A stretch of 64,000 nucleotides of DNA from an uncultured candidate division Zixibacteria bacterium (GTDB taxonomy: Bacteria > Zixibacteria > MSB-5A5 > GN15 > PGXB01), in contig OY969724.1 in NCBI GenBank assembly GCA_963702205.1, positions 1,472,001-1,536,000 of the forward strand. The letters are read 5' to 3'. Under the pieces are notes generated by a model, which worked only from the letters and a program-made list of their open reading frames with translations, was not told where the DNA came from and made no database searches. Position numbers and translations under genes: made by a program. Each line of letters starts with the position of its first letter. Within the stretch, counting starts at the first letter, position 1. Shown piece by piece: positions 24,465 through 35,259 of this stretch.

Positions 24465-26378
24465 CTACGACTTGAATTTGGATTCGATCTGCATCAGGAC
24501 TTTGTGCGTGTCCGATGCGCAGGAGTCAAGAATTTTGCCTGTGACGAAGCGTCGGAATTTGTGATCTCTTTCGGGACTGCCGTTGGAGTCGAATTCTTTT
24601 TTTGCTGTTTCCCAGAGTTTTTCGACAGTCTTTCCCGACAGGAGGCGGTTGCCGTCGGTGCTTGTTTCCCCGTTTGAAAGAGATATCAAAGCAGATTTCA
24701 GATGATTGTATGGCCAGTCCGAAGTCAGGGCTGTTTTGATCAAACCGAACAGCATTTCCTGGTCGGCGGTTCTCAGATCGTAACCGGCTCGCCGCAGTGC
24801 CACCATTACCGCCGTGCAAACGTGCGCGGCCTTCTTATATTTTGATTGATCTATTTGATTGTCGGAGCATAGATTGTCGAACAGCTCGGAAAACGGCGAC
24901 AGCGATAAGGCCTTGATCTGCTCTTTATGCAGCCCCATCGCCTCCCAGCGAGCCTGCTTTTCCCACAGCGGTTCGGTCAGTTTGCTTCGGATCTTTTCGA
25001 CGCGCTCATCGGTAATTTTCACCGGTGGGTGATCGGTGTCGGGATACATGCGGTCCGGACCGGGCAGGATACGCTCGAAATCGCTGGTTCCGTCTTTGAT
25101 GTCCTGGCGGGTTTCGTGGACGACGCCTTCGGCCAGTTCGGAGATTCTTATTTTTATTTCATTGACAGCCGTGACGACGTCATCGGACGAGCCACATATT
25201 AGGACGATATCGTCACCGTCGCTCCAACCAAGCTGCCCTTTGATTTTATCCCAGTCGGAGGCGGTGATGTCGTACTGATTGGCGTGCGATAAAAAGAGCA
25301 GGTTGGGCATGGTATCGATACAGGCGATTACCCGAACCCGCCCGGATAATTCAAAGGCGAAATTGCGACCCGGCTGAAGTTCTTTGGTGGTTACATCGGC
25401 CAGTTTCGGCAGACACAGGCCGATCACTTTGAGGGGGCGATCGCTTTCCAGACGGCGGCCGAGAGTATCGTTGTTGTCTCGAAAAAGATCGGTGAAGACG
25501 GCTTCGGTGTATTTGATGTCTTCGGGTTTCGGAAATCTTTCGGTATATATTTTCTGCAGCTCCAGCAGACCTTTCTGACGCAGCCCCTCGCTGGCGGTAA
25601 GGGAACGAATATTGTTGACCTTGTGGACACCCTTGATTTCGACTCGTTTGCCGCCGGTGACGGAGACGTTGACATCCTGCCGTACGGTTCCGATGCCGCG
25701 TCGCACCAGCCCGGTGATTTTCATCGAATTGCCCAGCCGACGACACACCTCGGCGGCCTCATCGGGGTTTTTCATCTGGGCGTCGGTGATAATTTCCACG
25801 AGTGGGATTGACAGGCGGTCGGTCGCGAACGTGATGTTATGTCCGAGATCTGAAATTTCCCGGCAGGCTTCTTCTTCGAGGTTGACCTGAGTTATATAAA
25901 TTTTGCCATCTTTATAAGGCATCCAGCCGTCGACGCCAATAATCATCGTCCTTTGAAAGCCGGTCGGGATGGAACCGTCGAGGTACTGCTTGCGAATGAC
26001 ATGAAGTTCATCGACGATCCGGCAGTTGAAATGCAGAGCCAGCTGGATGGCAAAATCGACCGCCTCCTGATTGACCAGAAAAGGGGGGGTGTCGTCCATT
26101 TCATAGGTGCAGGTCAGGTCGCGATAAAGACGATAGATGACGTTCTTCCTGGTCTTGAATTCCATCAGGGCGGTGCCGTCGTATTCTCCCAGTTCCGACA
26201 GCGTTGGCCGCATGTGGCGCAGAAGTTCGGCATCGTGAGGGCCGTGGCTGGACCCCACGGGGCAATGACAGAACAGCTTGCGCTTCGTGTTCAACTGCTG
26301 GTGAATTTCCAGACCGCATTTAAAGCCGAGCCTTTCAAGCTGCTCGTTGGTCGTGTGATGCCGTATAGTATCCTTCAT
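24465..26378 (-). CDS. gatE: Archaeal-type Glu-tRNA(Gln) amidotransferase subunit E
   Basis: GLEIHQQL, RPTLSELGEYD, RRGIGTVRQDVNVS, VEIKGV, RILPGPDRMYPDTD; 637 aa with a GatE-type insertion. Confidence 0.85.
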   Translation of the reverse strand: MKDTIRHHTTNEQLERLGFKCGLEIHQQLNTKRKLFCHCPVGSSHGPHDAELLRHMRPTLSELGEYDGTALMEFKTRKNVIYRLYRDLTCTYEMDDTPPFLVNQEAVDFAIQLALHFNCRIVDELHVIRKQYLDGSIPTGFQRTMIIGVDGWMPYKDGKIYITQVNLEEEACREISDLGHNITFATDRLSIPLVEIITDAQMKNPDEAAEVCRRLGNSMKITGLVRRGIGTVRQDVNVSVTGGKRVEIKGVHKVNNIRSLTASEGLRQKGLLELQKIYTERFPKPEDIKYTEAVFTDLFRDNNDTLGRRLESDRPLKVIGLCLPKLADVTTKELQPGRNFAFELSGRVRVIACIDTMPNLLFLSHANQYDITASDWDKIKGQLGWSDGDDIVLICGSSDDVVTAVNEIKIRISELAEGVVHETRQDIKDGTSDFERILPGPDRMYPDTDHPPVKITDERVEKIRSKLTEPLWEKQARWEAMGLHKEQIKALSLSPFSELFDNLCSDNQIDQSKYKKAAHVCTAVMVALRRAGYDLRTADQEMLFGLIKTALTSDWPYNHLKSALISLSNGETSTDGNRLLSGKTVEKLWETAKKEFDSNGSPERDHKFRRFVTGKILDSCASDTHKVLMQIESKFKS

Positions 26379-26523
26379 AACGCAGACAAATATATGTTTC
26401 CGGCCCGAAATTCAAAGCGATTTTTTTATTCGATTTATCGAGAAAGTTGTATATCATCATACAGAATTAGTTTGCATAAAACTAAACATGGCCTATATTT
26501 TAAATCTATAGGAGGGAAAAACG

Positions 26524-27228
26524 GTGCGTTCTATAGAAGAGTTGATCAATCGTCAAATCCATCATTGGGAATTCGCGAAAAAAGAGCGGAATGAATCTCA
26601 GGAGAATGGAAAAGAGCATAAGCCCCAGCCGATCGTCACGGTCAGTCGTCAGCGTGGCAGCCGCGGCTCGTACCTTGCCGAACTGATCGCCGAGAAGCTC
26701 GGCTACCAGAGGCTGCACCGGGAGGTCATAGACGAAATCTGCCGGTCATCGGGTTATAAGCGAAGAATAATCGAATCGCTCGATGACAAAGTCCGGTCCC
26801 GAATCGAGTTGATGATTGAAGGCGCTTTCAAGGGCATGTACATCGACGCCGGAGATTATTTCCGTGAGCTCTACAAAGTCATCATGTCGATATCGGAGCA
26901 CGGTGGTGTGGTGACGGTCGGGCGCGCGGCCAATTTCATCCTCCAGAGAGACCAGGGCTTTCATGTCAGGGTGGTGGCGTCGAAGCCGTCGCGGGTGGCC
27001 AACCTGATGCAGTACGAAAATCTTTCTCTCGAAGAAGCCGAGAAAGCGATACACACGAGCGATGAAGAACGGGAGCATTTTGTCGAGGCCAATTTCAAAA
27101 GACATATCGACGATCCCGGAGCCTACGACTTGATAATCAACACGACCTACATCGATCTCGAACGAGCGCTGGAAATGACCCTGGTCGGAGTGAGGGCGAA
27201 GTCGAGCTTTCTGACGTCGGGTGAATGA
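26524..27228 (+). CDS. Cytidylate kinase-like family protein
   Basis: VTVSRQRGSRG, VGRAA, YDLIINT. Confidence 0.82.
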   Translation: MRSIEELINRQIHHWEFAKKERNESQENGKEHKPQPIVTVSRQRGSRGSYLAELIAEKLGYQRLHREVIDEICRSSGYKRRIIESLDDKVRSRIELMIEGAFKGMYIDAGDYFRELYKVIMSISEHGGVVTVGRAANFILQRDQGFHVRVVASKPSRVANLMQYENLSLEEAEKAIHTSDEEREHFVEANFKRHIDDPGAYDLIINTTYIDLERALEMTLVGVRAKSSFLTSGE

Positions 27229-27413
27229 TCGAATGCAAAATATTTTTTGTTTTATAAAATTTTTTCTTGCTTTGTTTATTTTAAAATGCGTTTAATTGTC
27301 TGTGTCAGCGTCGTTTGGAGAGGGTTTTGTACCGATTAAGCACGGATCGGACCACCGCGAAAATAAGAGTAAATGTAATAAGACCAACCTTCATAGTACA
27401 TTAGGAGGTACTG

Positions 27414-27959
27414 ATGCCAGCTAAAACAACGGCAAAGAAAAAGGCCGCTCCCAAGAAAAAGGCGACGGCGAAGAAGACGGTCAAGAAGGTAACCAAGAAA
27501 ACGACGGCGAAGAAGGCCGTGGCCAAAAAGAAACCGGCCGCGAAGAAGGTTGCCAAGAAGACTACGGCGAAGAAGCCGGCAGCCAAGAAAAAAGTAGCCG
27601 CCAAGAAGAAACCGGCTGCAAAGAAGACTGCCAAGAAGCCCGCTGCCAGGAAGACGGTAAAGAAGGCCGCTCCCAAGAAGGCCGCTCCCAAGAAGAAGGC
27701 GACCAAGCGCAAAGCCAGTCCGGCTTTGATGAGACCGGTGCAGCCCGATGAAATCCTGGGCGCCGTGGTTGGATCCAAGCCGATGCCGCGCGGTCAGATC
27801 ACCAAGAAATTGTGGGATTACATCAAGAAGAATAAACTTCAGGATGCAACCAACAAGAGGATGATCAACGCCGACCCCACCTTGAAAAAGGTCTTCGACG
27901 GCAAGGCTAAGGTCGACATGTTCACGATGACCAAGCTGGTTTCGAAACACATCAAATAG
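27414..27959 (+). CDS. Histone H1-like Lys/Ala-rich repeat region fused to a SWIB/MDM2 domain
   Basis: About 100 aa of KKPAAKK-type repeats, then PRGQITKKLWDYIKKNKLQD. Confidence 0.88.
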   Translation: MPAKTTAKKKAAPKKKATAKKTVKKVTKKTTAKKAVAKKKPAAKKVAKKTTAKKPAAKKKVAAKKKPAAKKTAKKPAARKTVKKAAPKKAAPKKKATKRKASPALMRPVQPDEILGAVVGSKPMPRGQITKKLWDYIKKNKLQDATNKRMINADPTLKKVFDGKAKVDMFTMTKLVSKHIK

Positions 27960-27983
27960 TCGAAATCAGAATCCGATAATTGC

Positions 27984-28011
27984 AAGGCCGGAAATTCCCG
28001 GCCTTTTTTTT
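27984..28011 (+). terminator. Intrinsic terminator
   Basis: AAGGCCGG..CCGGCCTT followed by a T-run. Confidence 0.8.
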
Positions 28012-28074
28012 ATTGCTGCGATTTGCGGGCGATTACCTGTTTGACTTGGCGTCCGTCCTGTTTATATTCCGACC

Positions 28075-29807
28075 ATGACCGGCGAACATGACGCAAAACG
28101 CGGCCGCTTTGTGCCGCCTTTAATATTCCTCTGCGTGTCGACAATATTCACCCTCCCGTTTTTGTTGAAGTGGTCGTATATCGGGGTCGGCGACTGGGAG
28201 CTGTTCGCCACCATGGCGGCGATCCCGGCCAGGACGGTTTTGCATTTCGGCCAGTTTCCGTTCTGGAATCCGTACATCGGCGGGGGCAATGTCCTGTTCG
28301 CACACCCCGAGGTGGCGGTGTTGTCGCCGTTCTTTTTGCTAATTCTCGTATTCGGCCCCATAGCCGGATTGAAAATTCAAATCCTGCTATCCTATTTTCT
28401 GGGGCTGTACGGCAGCTACCTGTTCGTCCGCAGGATAGGCTTGTCCGAGACCGCCTCGTATCTGACCGCCCTGATGTTCTGGGGCAGTTCGTATTTTGCC
28501 CTGCATTTTACTGTCGGCCATATACCTTTCACGCATTTTTGTTTTTTGCCCTGGTTGCTATTTTTCCTCGTAAAATCCGAAGAAAATTGGAAACATCTTT
28601 TTTCGGCGGCGGCAGTTATCGCACTGATAATTCTCGGCAACGGTGCGGCGGTACCGCTGGTATATATGGTCTTCTTTACCGGGCTGTTTATCCTGATCCG
28701 GGCGATTCAGAAGAAAGAAATCAAACCGGTTAAGTTGTATGTCGGCGCGGTGATTTTGGGCGTTCTCGTCGCCGCCATAAAATTCCTGCCGATGTATCTA
28801 TATCTGTCGCACTCGCCGTGGGAGGGCATGAGCCAGGACAGCACGCCTCTCGGGCTGGCCCTGAACGGTTTCTTATCGATCAATCAGGCTGTGTTCAAGA
28901 CGACGGGCGCGGATCAGGTACCTGGGGCTGGCACGAGTATGGGGCTTATATTTCGCCGGTTATACTGGCGCTGGCACTTTCGGCGGCGATAGCATCGTTT
29001 AGAAAGTCGCTGCTTTGGATAATTCTCGCAGTATTCTTTTTCGCATTCGGGCTGGGGCATTTCTCGGATTTTTCGCCCTGGGCACTATTTACCAGGCTGC
29101 CGGGGTTCTCGTCGATAAGAGCACCATCGCGGGCGTTTCAATTTGTCGTTCTGTCAGTATCGGTCATGGCCGGAGACGGTCTGGATTATTGGATCAGGAA
29201 GCTTTCCGGAAGTGTCCCGTCGATAAAAGTTCTTTTTGCCGTCCTGATTGCACTGGTCGCGGTGGGCAATTTCCTGATTAATCTCCCGGCCCTGCGAACA
29301 ATAGACTATAAACTCCCCGGTAATTACGAATTTGCCGATGATTTCAAACAGGAAATCGGACGGGCCGATAATATATACAATGCCTTCCTTCAGAACCGGG
29401 GCTCCCTCGTGGCGCCGTGGCTGTCGGCCTACGGCCCCAGTCGGGGGCTGGTGCTGCCGACCAACGAGGTACTGATGGAATATATGCCTCAGGGAAATCT
29501 TCAGGTCGTGAATAGATCGTACACGCCCAATAAAGTCATTTATGACATTAAACCTTCGGGCAGCGGGTCGATTGTGTTCGGGATAGGTTATGACAGCGGG
29601 TGGCGGGCCGAAGACGGCCGGAAGTTATATGAAAACAACGGCCTGGTCGCGACCGATTATACCGTGTCGGACAGACATATAGTTTTGTATTATCGGCCTC
29701 AGTATTTTTATGTCGGTATGATTATCAGCGTCTTTTTTATCGCGCTGTCACTGGCGGCGCTTTTCAACGCCCAGGTCGGGCGCGGTTTTGAAACGATATT
29801 TAAATAG
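28075..29807 (+). CDS. YfhO/GT-C-like polytopic membrane protein, frameshifted (probably near 28915-28925)
   Basis: FPFWNPYIGGG and RAPSRA motifs; two overlapping ORFs form one gene. Confidence 0.7.
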
Positions 29808-30464
29808 AGTCCAGATGGCTTCGAGACCGTCGTGCCACCGGATTTTTTTGCCCTCGTCGAATTTTCGAGGGCGATAGCTTATCGGTATTTCGGTTATTTT
29901 GATTTTATTGCGGCCCAGCTTGGCGACAACTTCCGGGCAGAACTCGAAGCGCCGACTTTCCAGGTTCATTCTTTTGAATACGTCGGTACGGATCATTTTA
30001 TAGCAGGTTGATTCATCGGTTATGCCGATGCCATAGAGCAAATTGGCGATAAGGGTCAGCAATTGCCCGCCCCAAAGGTAACGGTTGTATGAAATACCGG
30101 AATCGGGATTCAGACGGCGAGAACCGAAAACGGCAACCGCGCCGGTAGATTCTGCTTCGGCAAGCATTTTGGCGAGGTCGGCAGGATCGTATTCAAGATC
30201 GCCGTCCTGGATTACGGTATATTGCCCGGTGACATATTGCAGGCCGGTGATAATGGCGTCGCCCTTGCCGATATTTTGTTTTTTTTCGACGATGGTTACT
30301 CTGGAGTCGTTTTCGAATTCACGAATTACCCTGCCGGTGTCGTCGGTGGAGCCGTTGTTGACAACGATTAACTGAAAGTCGATTTTAAGATCGAGTATTT
30401 TTCGGATTATTTCCGCGACGGTTTTTTCTTCGTTATAGAGCGGCATGATGATGGACAACAGCAT
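29748..30464 (-). CDS. GT2 glycosyltransferase (DPM1-like)
   Basis: SIIMPLYNE, GSTD, QDGDLEYDP. Confidence 0.9.
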   Translation of the reverse strand: MLLSIIMPLYNEEKTVAEIIRKILDLKIDFQLIVVNNGSTDDTGRVIREFENDSRVTIVEKKQNIGKGDAIITGLQYVTGQYTVIQDGDLEYDPADLAKMLAEAESTGAVAVFGSRRLNPDSGISYNRYLWGGQLLTLIANLLYGIGITDESTCYKMIRTDVFKRMNLESRRFEFCPEVVAKLGRNKIKITEIPISYRPRKFDEGKKIRWHDGLEAIWTLFKYRFKTAPDLGVEKRRQ

Positions 30465-30607
30465 AGCCGAATATAACACGCTTGTTATTCCAAGTCAATG
30501 ATTCTTAAAGTCTTACACTGCGACAATCGTTCTTGACAATTCAACCTCTTTTTAGTATACAAGTTTGTTAATAAAATTGATTTGGCGAGGATATCCCTCC
30601 CGGAGGA

Positions 30608-32116
30608 ATGACTTTGCGACATATGTCGAAATATCCCGGCCGGAGGCTTTTTTATGCCCTGCGGCTTTTAATTATGGCGGGCATTTGTGCTTTTGCACTG
30701 GCTGGTGTACAGTCCATCAGAGCACAGGCATCGTTCGGGTCGGCGGTCAATCCCGATGAATATATTATCCGTCCCGGCGATCAATTCCGGGTAGACTTCT
30801 GGGTCGGCGGGGTTGCAACAATCAAAGTGACGGTTACGCCCGAAGGCGCGATTTTGCTGTCGGACATGGGCAAGCTCGATGTCTCGGGCCTGACTCTTAC
30901 CGAGGCTCGTGCGAGAATCAGACAACTGATCCGCAAGTATTATCCAGAAAGTGAATTCTCGGTCAGTCTTGACGGATTAAGAGCGGTCAAGATGTTTGTC
31001 TCGGGCGGGGTCAGGATTCCGGGCTTTTATGACGGAAGCGTCGCCAACAGAGTTTCCGAGTATATTTTAAAAGCCGGGGGGCTGGTACCGGGAGCGTCTA
31101 ATAGGAATATCGTTCTTGTCGACGGCGGTCACAACCTGGTTATTGACCTGCTTCGGTTTGAGCGCTGCGGCGATTTTTCGGCCAACCCGTTTGCGTACAG
31201 CGGAGAAATTATCCGGGTGCCGATGATTGTCGATTCAACGTCGTTTATTCAAGTTTCCGGTGCGGTAAACAAACCGGACGGATTCGAGTACAGCCCCGGT
31301 GATAATCTCGGTACATTGATTGACCTGGCCTATGGCTTAAACGGTTTGCAGGGAGATTCGGCGGTAATATTCCGGCGTTCCTCGAGCGGTCAGCAGGTAT
31401 TGTCGGTCGGTTTGGATGAAGTCGATTTCCCTCTTGATGCGGGGGATAAAATCATAATTCACACCCGTGCGGTGGATATGCTGAAAGATTATTTTACCGT
31501 AACCGGCGAAGTAGCTCTTCCGGGCCGGTATCCGTTCAAGGGGCCCATGAATCTCGGTGACATAATTAATACCGCCGGAGGATTGAATCCGGTGGCAGAT
31601 ATTTTTTCATCGGTAATTTTCAGAAGACCGAAATACGAAAACCCGGAAAACTTCAAGAGCGTTACATCGGCGACAGCCAATAATATAACCGTCAACGGCG
31701 GGGTACTTCCGGTTTCGATCGACATTTCCGGATATTATCCCGATCACCTGAATGATATTATCATTCAACCCGGCGATTCGATAGTCATTCCGTCGACAAC
31801 CGGCATCATCAGTATATTCGGCCAAATCAGACGACCGGGTATTATCGATTATGCATTTCCAATGACGGTCGGCAAGCTGATTGGCTCGGCGGGGGGAACG
31901 ACGTCGCGCGCCGACCGCAGCAATATTCATGTCATCAGAAAAGTCGGGGCGATAGATATCAACGCTTCGACGGCGACCAATATTTTCGACGGTGATCTGG
32001 TTCTGGTGCCGGAGAAAAAAGTTCAGAAAAGCTTTATGGATAAAGTCAAAGATTGGGCCCTGATCCTCGGTGGGTTTGGCGCCGTTTATCTGGCCATAGA
32101 TCAGGCCACGGATTAA
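30608..32116 (+). CDS. Polysaccharide export protein with SLBB domains (Wza/KpsD-like)
   Basis: YIIRPGD and repeated V-G-V-PG SLBB units; start uncertain. Confidence 0.82.
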   Translation: MTLRHMSKYPGRRLFYALRLLIMAGICAFALAGVQSIRAQASFGSAVNPDEYIIRPGDQFRVDFWVGGVATIKVTVTPEGAILLSDMGKLDVSGLTLTEARARIRQLIRKYYPESEFSVSLDGLRAVKMFVSGGVRIPGFYDGSVANRVSEYILKAGGLVPGASNRNIVLVDGGHNLVIDLLRFERCGDFSANPFAYSGEIIRVPMIVDSTSFIQVSGAVNKPDGFEYSPGDNLGTLIDLAYGLNGLQGDSAVIFRRSSSGQQVLSVGLDEVDFPLDAGDKIIIHTRAVDMLKDYFTVTGEVALPGRYPFKGPMNLGDIINTAGGLNPVADIFSSVIFRRPKYENPENFKSVTSATANNITVNGGVLPVSIDISGYYPDHLNDIIIQPGDSIVIPSTTGIISIFGQIRRPGIIDYAFPMTVGKLIGSAGGTTSRADRSNIHVIRKVGAIDINASTATNIFDGDLVLVPEKKVQKSFMDKVKDWALILGGFGAVYLAIDQATD

Positions 32117-32117
32117 T

Positions 32118-33320
32118 ATGGAAAACAAAGAAATCAACCTGTGGAAATTTCTCGAAGTCCTGGCCATTAAGGCAAGATTTATCATCGGCTTCACGGCCGT
32201 CGTCACGATTCTGGCGGTCGCTATTGCATTTGTCCTGCCCAAATGGTATTCGGCCCGAACCCTTCTGCTGCCACCCAAAGACGCCGGATCGTACGTCGGC
32301 ATGGTTAACGATCTGACCGAGGCGCTCACGCTGACATCGGGCCTGGAGCAGCCGGTCTCGGCCACCCCGGCTGACATATATGTACGTATCCTGAAAAGCC
32401 GGACCCTGCTGCGGAAAATTATCGACGCCAACGGCCTGCGTAAGCATTACGGATTGAAATCCGACGAAGATATCATGGATAAAATGGAAAAGTATTATAA
32501 TGTGCGTGTCACCGATGAAGGCTTGATTGAAATCGACTTTGAGGATAAAGATCCACGGCTGGCGGCCCAGGTGGCCAATTCATTTGCATCGGAACTGGAC
32601 AATCTAAACCAGGATATTGCCGTCTCCCGGGCGCACGGTCTTCGCGAAATGCTCGAAAACCGTCTGGCCGAAGTCGGCTCCAGTCTGGACTCGGCCCGAT
32701 CGGCGATCGAGGATTTCCAGCAGAACCATCGGGCCGTCGATATCGACAAGCAAACGGAGCTCGCGATCGAATCGGCGGTAAGTCTGAAAGTAGCACTGGC
32801 CGACGCCGAGATCAATCTCAATGTGAAACGCAAGACCTTATCCGATTCGCATCCGGAAGTTATCAATCTGCAGCGGAAAATTAATGAAATAAAAAATCAG
32901 ATAAACACGCTGGAATTCGGCGGGGCCGACAGTTCGTATTTTAATCTTCCGGTGGCTGAAGTGCCCCAGTTAAAACAGGATTATGCCCGGCTTATGGCCG
33001 ATATCAAAACATATGAAGCCCTATATCAGTTAATATCACAGCAGTACGAGCAGGTTAAAATACAATCCAGAATGAATGCCCCGACGGTGGCCGTGATCGA
33101 CCCGGCTTATGTTCCGGAAAAGCCGGTCAAGCCGCGCAAGTCGATGATTGTCATGATTGCTTTCGCCCTATCGCTGATCGCGGCTGTCTTTCTGGCTTTG
33201 ATCATGAATTATATTTCCGAGTTGAAAAAGACGTCGCCGGAGGATTATGACCGGGCGTCCGTTTTCCTGGGGACTTATTTCTTCTGGCTTCCGGGGATAA
33301 AAAGAGCGCCCCGTAAGTAA
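32118..33320 (+). CDS. Polysaccharide co-polymerase (Wzz/GumC-like)
   Basis: Two terminal TM helices, coiled coil, VIDPA..PEKPVKP. Confidence 0.85.
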   Translation: MENKEINLWKFLEVLAIKARFIIGFTAVVTILAVAIAFVLPKWYSARTLLLPPKDAGSYVGMVNDLTEALTLTSGLEQPVSATPADIYVRILKSRTLLRKIIDANGLRKHYGLKSDEDIMDKMEKYYNVRVTDEGLIEIDFEDKDPRLAAQVANSFASELDNLNQDIAVSRAHGLREMLENRLAEVGSSLDSARSAIEDFQQNHRAVDIDKQTELAIESAVSLKVALADAEINLNVKRKTLSDSHPEVINLQRKINEIKNQINTLEFGGADSSYFNLPVAEVPQLKQDYARLMADIKTYEALYQLISQQYEQVKIQSRMNAPTVAVIDPAYVPEKPVKPRKSMIVMIAFALSLIAAVFLALIMNYISELKKTSPEDYDRASVFLGTYFFWLPGIKRAPRK

Positions 33321-33352
33321 AACGATAAATCCATTTTTATCCTGAGGCGAAG

Positions 33353-34111
33353 ATGAGCCAGTCATTTATACATAAGACCGCGAAAGTCGGTCAAGGCAGC
33401 ATATATGGCGATGGTTGTCATGTTAGCGCCAACGCCGTCATCGGGTCCAACTGCCGGATTGGGCATAATGTGATAATCCATGAGGATACCGTCATTGGGG
33501 ATAATGTCCGAATCGACGACGGCGCCATAATCGGCAAGATGCCGATGCGATCGGTAAATTCCGCCATAACCAAAGATGAGCAGCTGCCAGCGGCGCAAAT
33601 CGGCAACGGTTGTTTGATAGGTTCGCATTGCGTGATTTACAGAGGCTGCAATCTGGATGAAGAAATATTGGTGGCCGACCTGGCGACGGTGCGCGAAAAT
33701 GTTACGATCGGCGCCAAAACCATCGTCGGGCGCGGAGTGGCGATCGAGAATTTTTGTACTATCGGGAAATTCTGCAAGCTGGAAACCAATGCCTATATCA
33801 CGGCTCACTCGGTATTGGGAGACCGGGTATTCGTTTCGCCGTGCGTTGCCACGTCGAACGACAATTATGCCGGGCGCTCCGAAGAGCGCAAAAAGCATTA
33901 CAAAGGCGTGACTGTAGAAAAAGGTGGTCGGATAGGAGTTCACGCTACGATTTTGCCGGGGAAGGTCATACATGAGGACGGCCTGGTCGCGGCCGGGGCG
34001 CTTCTGACCAAAGACTGCCCGGCCAAAGAGGTCGTCGCCGGAATCCCGGCCAAGCATAAAGGGCCGGTGCCCGACGATCAACTGCTCGAAAATCAGGGCT
34101 GGGAGGAATAA
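33353..34111 (+). CDS. Hexapeptide-repeat sugar N-acetyltransferase (WbpD/WlbB-like)
   Basis: Left-handed beta-helix repeats and VAGIPAK; next to an aminotransferase. Confidence 0.82.
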   Translation: MSQSFIHKTAKVGQGSIYGDGCHVSANAVIGSNCRIGHNVIIHEDTVIGDNVRIDDGAIIGKMPMRSVNSAITKDEQLPAAQIGNGCLIGSHCVIYRGCNLDEEILVADLATVRENVTIGAKTIVGRGVAIENFCTIGKFCKLETNAYITAHSVLGDRVFVSPCVATSNDNYAGRSEERKKHYKGVTVEKGGRIGVHATILPGKVIHEDGLVAAGALLTKDCPAKEVVAGIPAKHKGPVPDDQLLENQGWEE

Positions 34112-34114
34112 GAG

Positions 34115-35218
34115 ATGAACGTTCCACTGCTCGATATGTCCCGCCAATATGCTTCAATCGGAGAGGAACTGGAAAAGGCAGCGGCAGAAGTCATTCGCCA
34201 CGGTAAATATATCAACGGCCCTGAAGTTGGCGAGTTCGAAAAACAGATCGCGGCTTTCTGCGGTGAAGGATGTACAGGAGTGGGAGTTGCCTCCGGTACC
34301 GATGCCCTGCTTCTGGCTTTGAGGGCCGCCGGTATCGGTGAAGGCGATGAAGTTATTCTGCCCGCATTTTCATTCATATCCAGTGCCAGTGTCATAATGC
34401 TGTTGAACGGTCGCCCGGTTTTTGTGGATATTAATCCTGACACGTACAATATCGATCCTGCCAAATTCGAAGCGGCTGTAACGCCCAGGACCAAGGCGGT
34501 CGTACCGGTGTATTTGTTCGGACAGTGTGCCGAGATGGATGAAATTTGCGACATTGCCCGTTGTCAGAACATTAAGATTATCGAGGACGCGGCCCAGGCG
34601 ATAGGAGCCGAATATAAGGATAAGAAAGCCGGGGCAATTGGCGATTTCGGCTGTTTTTCGTTTTATCCTACAAAAAATCTTGGAGGAGCCGGTGACGGTG
34701 GCATGATCGTCGTACGTAATCCCGATTACGATGAAACTCTGAGGATGCTTCGCAGTCACGGTTGGAAAGAGAAATATAACGCGCTGATGGTTGGATATAA
34801 TTCGAGATTGGATACGATTCAGGCGGCCATGCTTCTGGTCAAGCTTAACTACCTCGATAAATGGACCGAAGCTCGTCGGGCTCACGCCGAGTATTATGAT
34901 AAAATGCTGGCCGATTCTCCGGTCAAAACACCGGTTGCCCGCGAGTATTGTTATCATATTTATAATCAGTACACCATTGCCGTCGACAACCGCGATGAAT
35001 TAATGGCGGAGTTGAAAAAGAACGGGATAGGCTTTGAGATTTATTACCCGTACCCGTTCCATCTGCTGGAAAGCTATAAATCTCTGAACTACGCACCCGG
35101 CGATTTCCCGGTGTCCGAGAAAGCCGCGGCGTCGGTGCTGTCTCTTCCGGTTTATCCTGAGCTGACGAAGGAAGAACAGGACCGGGTTATAGAGGTCGTG
35201 TTGTCGGCGTGCAAATGA
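34115..35218 (+). CDS. DegT/DnrJ/EryC1/StrS sugar aminotransferase (WbpE-like)
   Basis: SGTDAL, EDAAQA, SFYPTKNLG, GYNSRLD. Confidence 0.92.
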   Translation: MNVPLLDMSRQYASIGEELEKAAAEVIRHGKYINGPEVGEFEKQIAAFCGEGCTGVGVASGTDALLLALRAAGIGEGDEVILPAFSFISSASVIMLLNGRPVFVDINPDTYNIDPAKFEAAVTPRTKAVVPVYLFGQCAEMDEICDIARCQNIKIIEDAAQAIGAEYKDKKAGAIGDFGCFSFYPTKNLGGAGDGGMIVVRNPDYDETLRMLRSHGWKEKYNALMVGYNSRLDTIQAAMLLVKLNYLDKWTEARRAHAEYYDKMLADSPVKTPVAREYCYHIYNQYTIAVDNRDELMAELKKNGIGFEIYYPYPFHLLESYKSLNYAPGDFPVSEKAAASVLSLPVYPELTKEEQDRVIEVVLSACK

Positions 35219-35259
35219 CGTTGTGATATTGATGCGGGTCAGGTGATATATTCTGAAAT

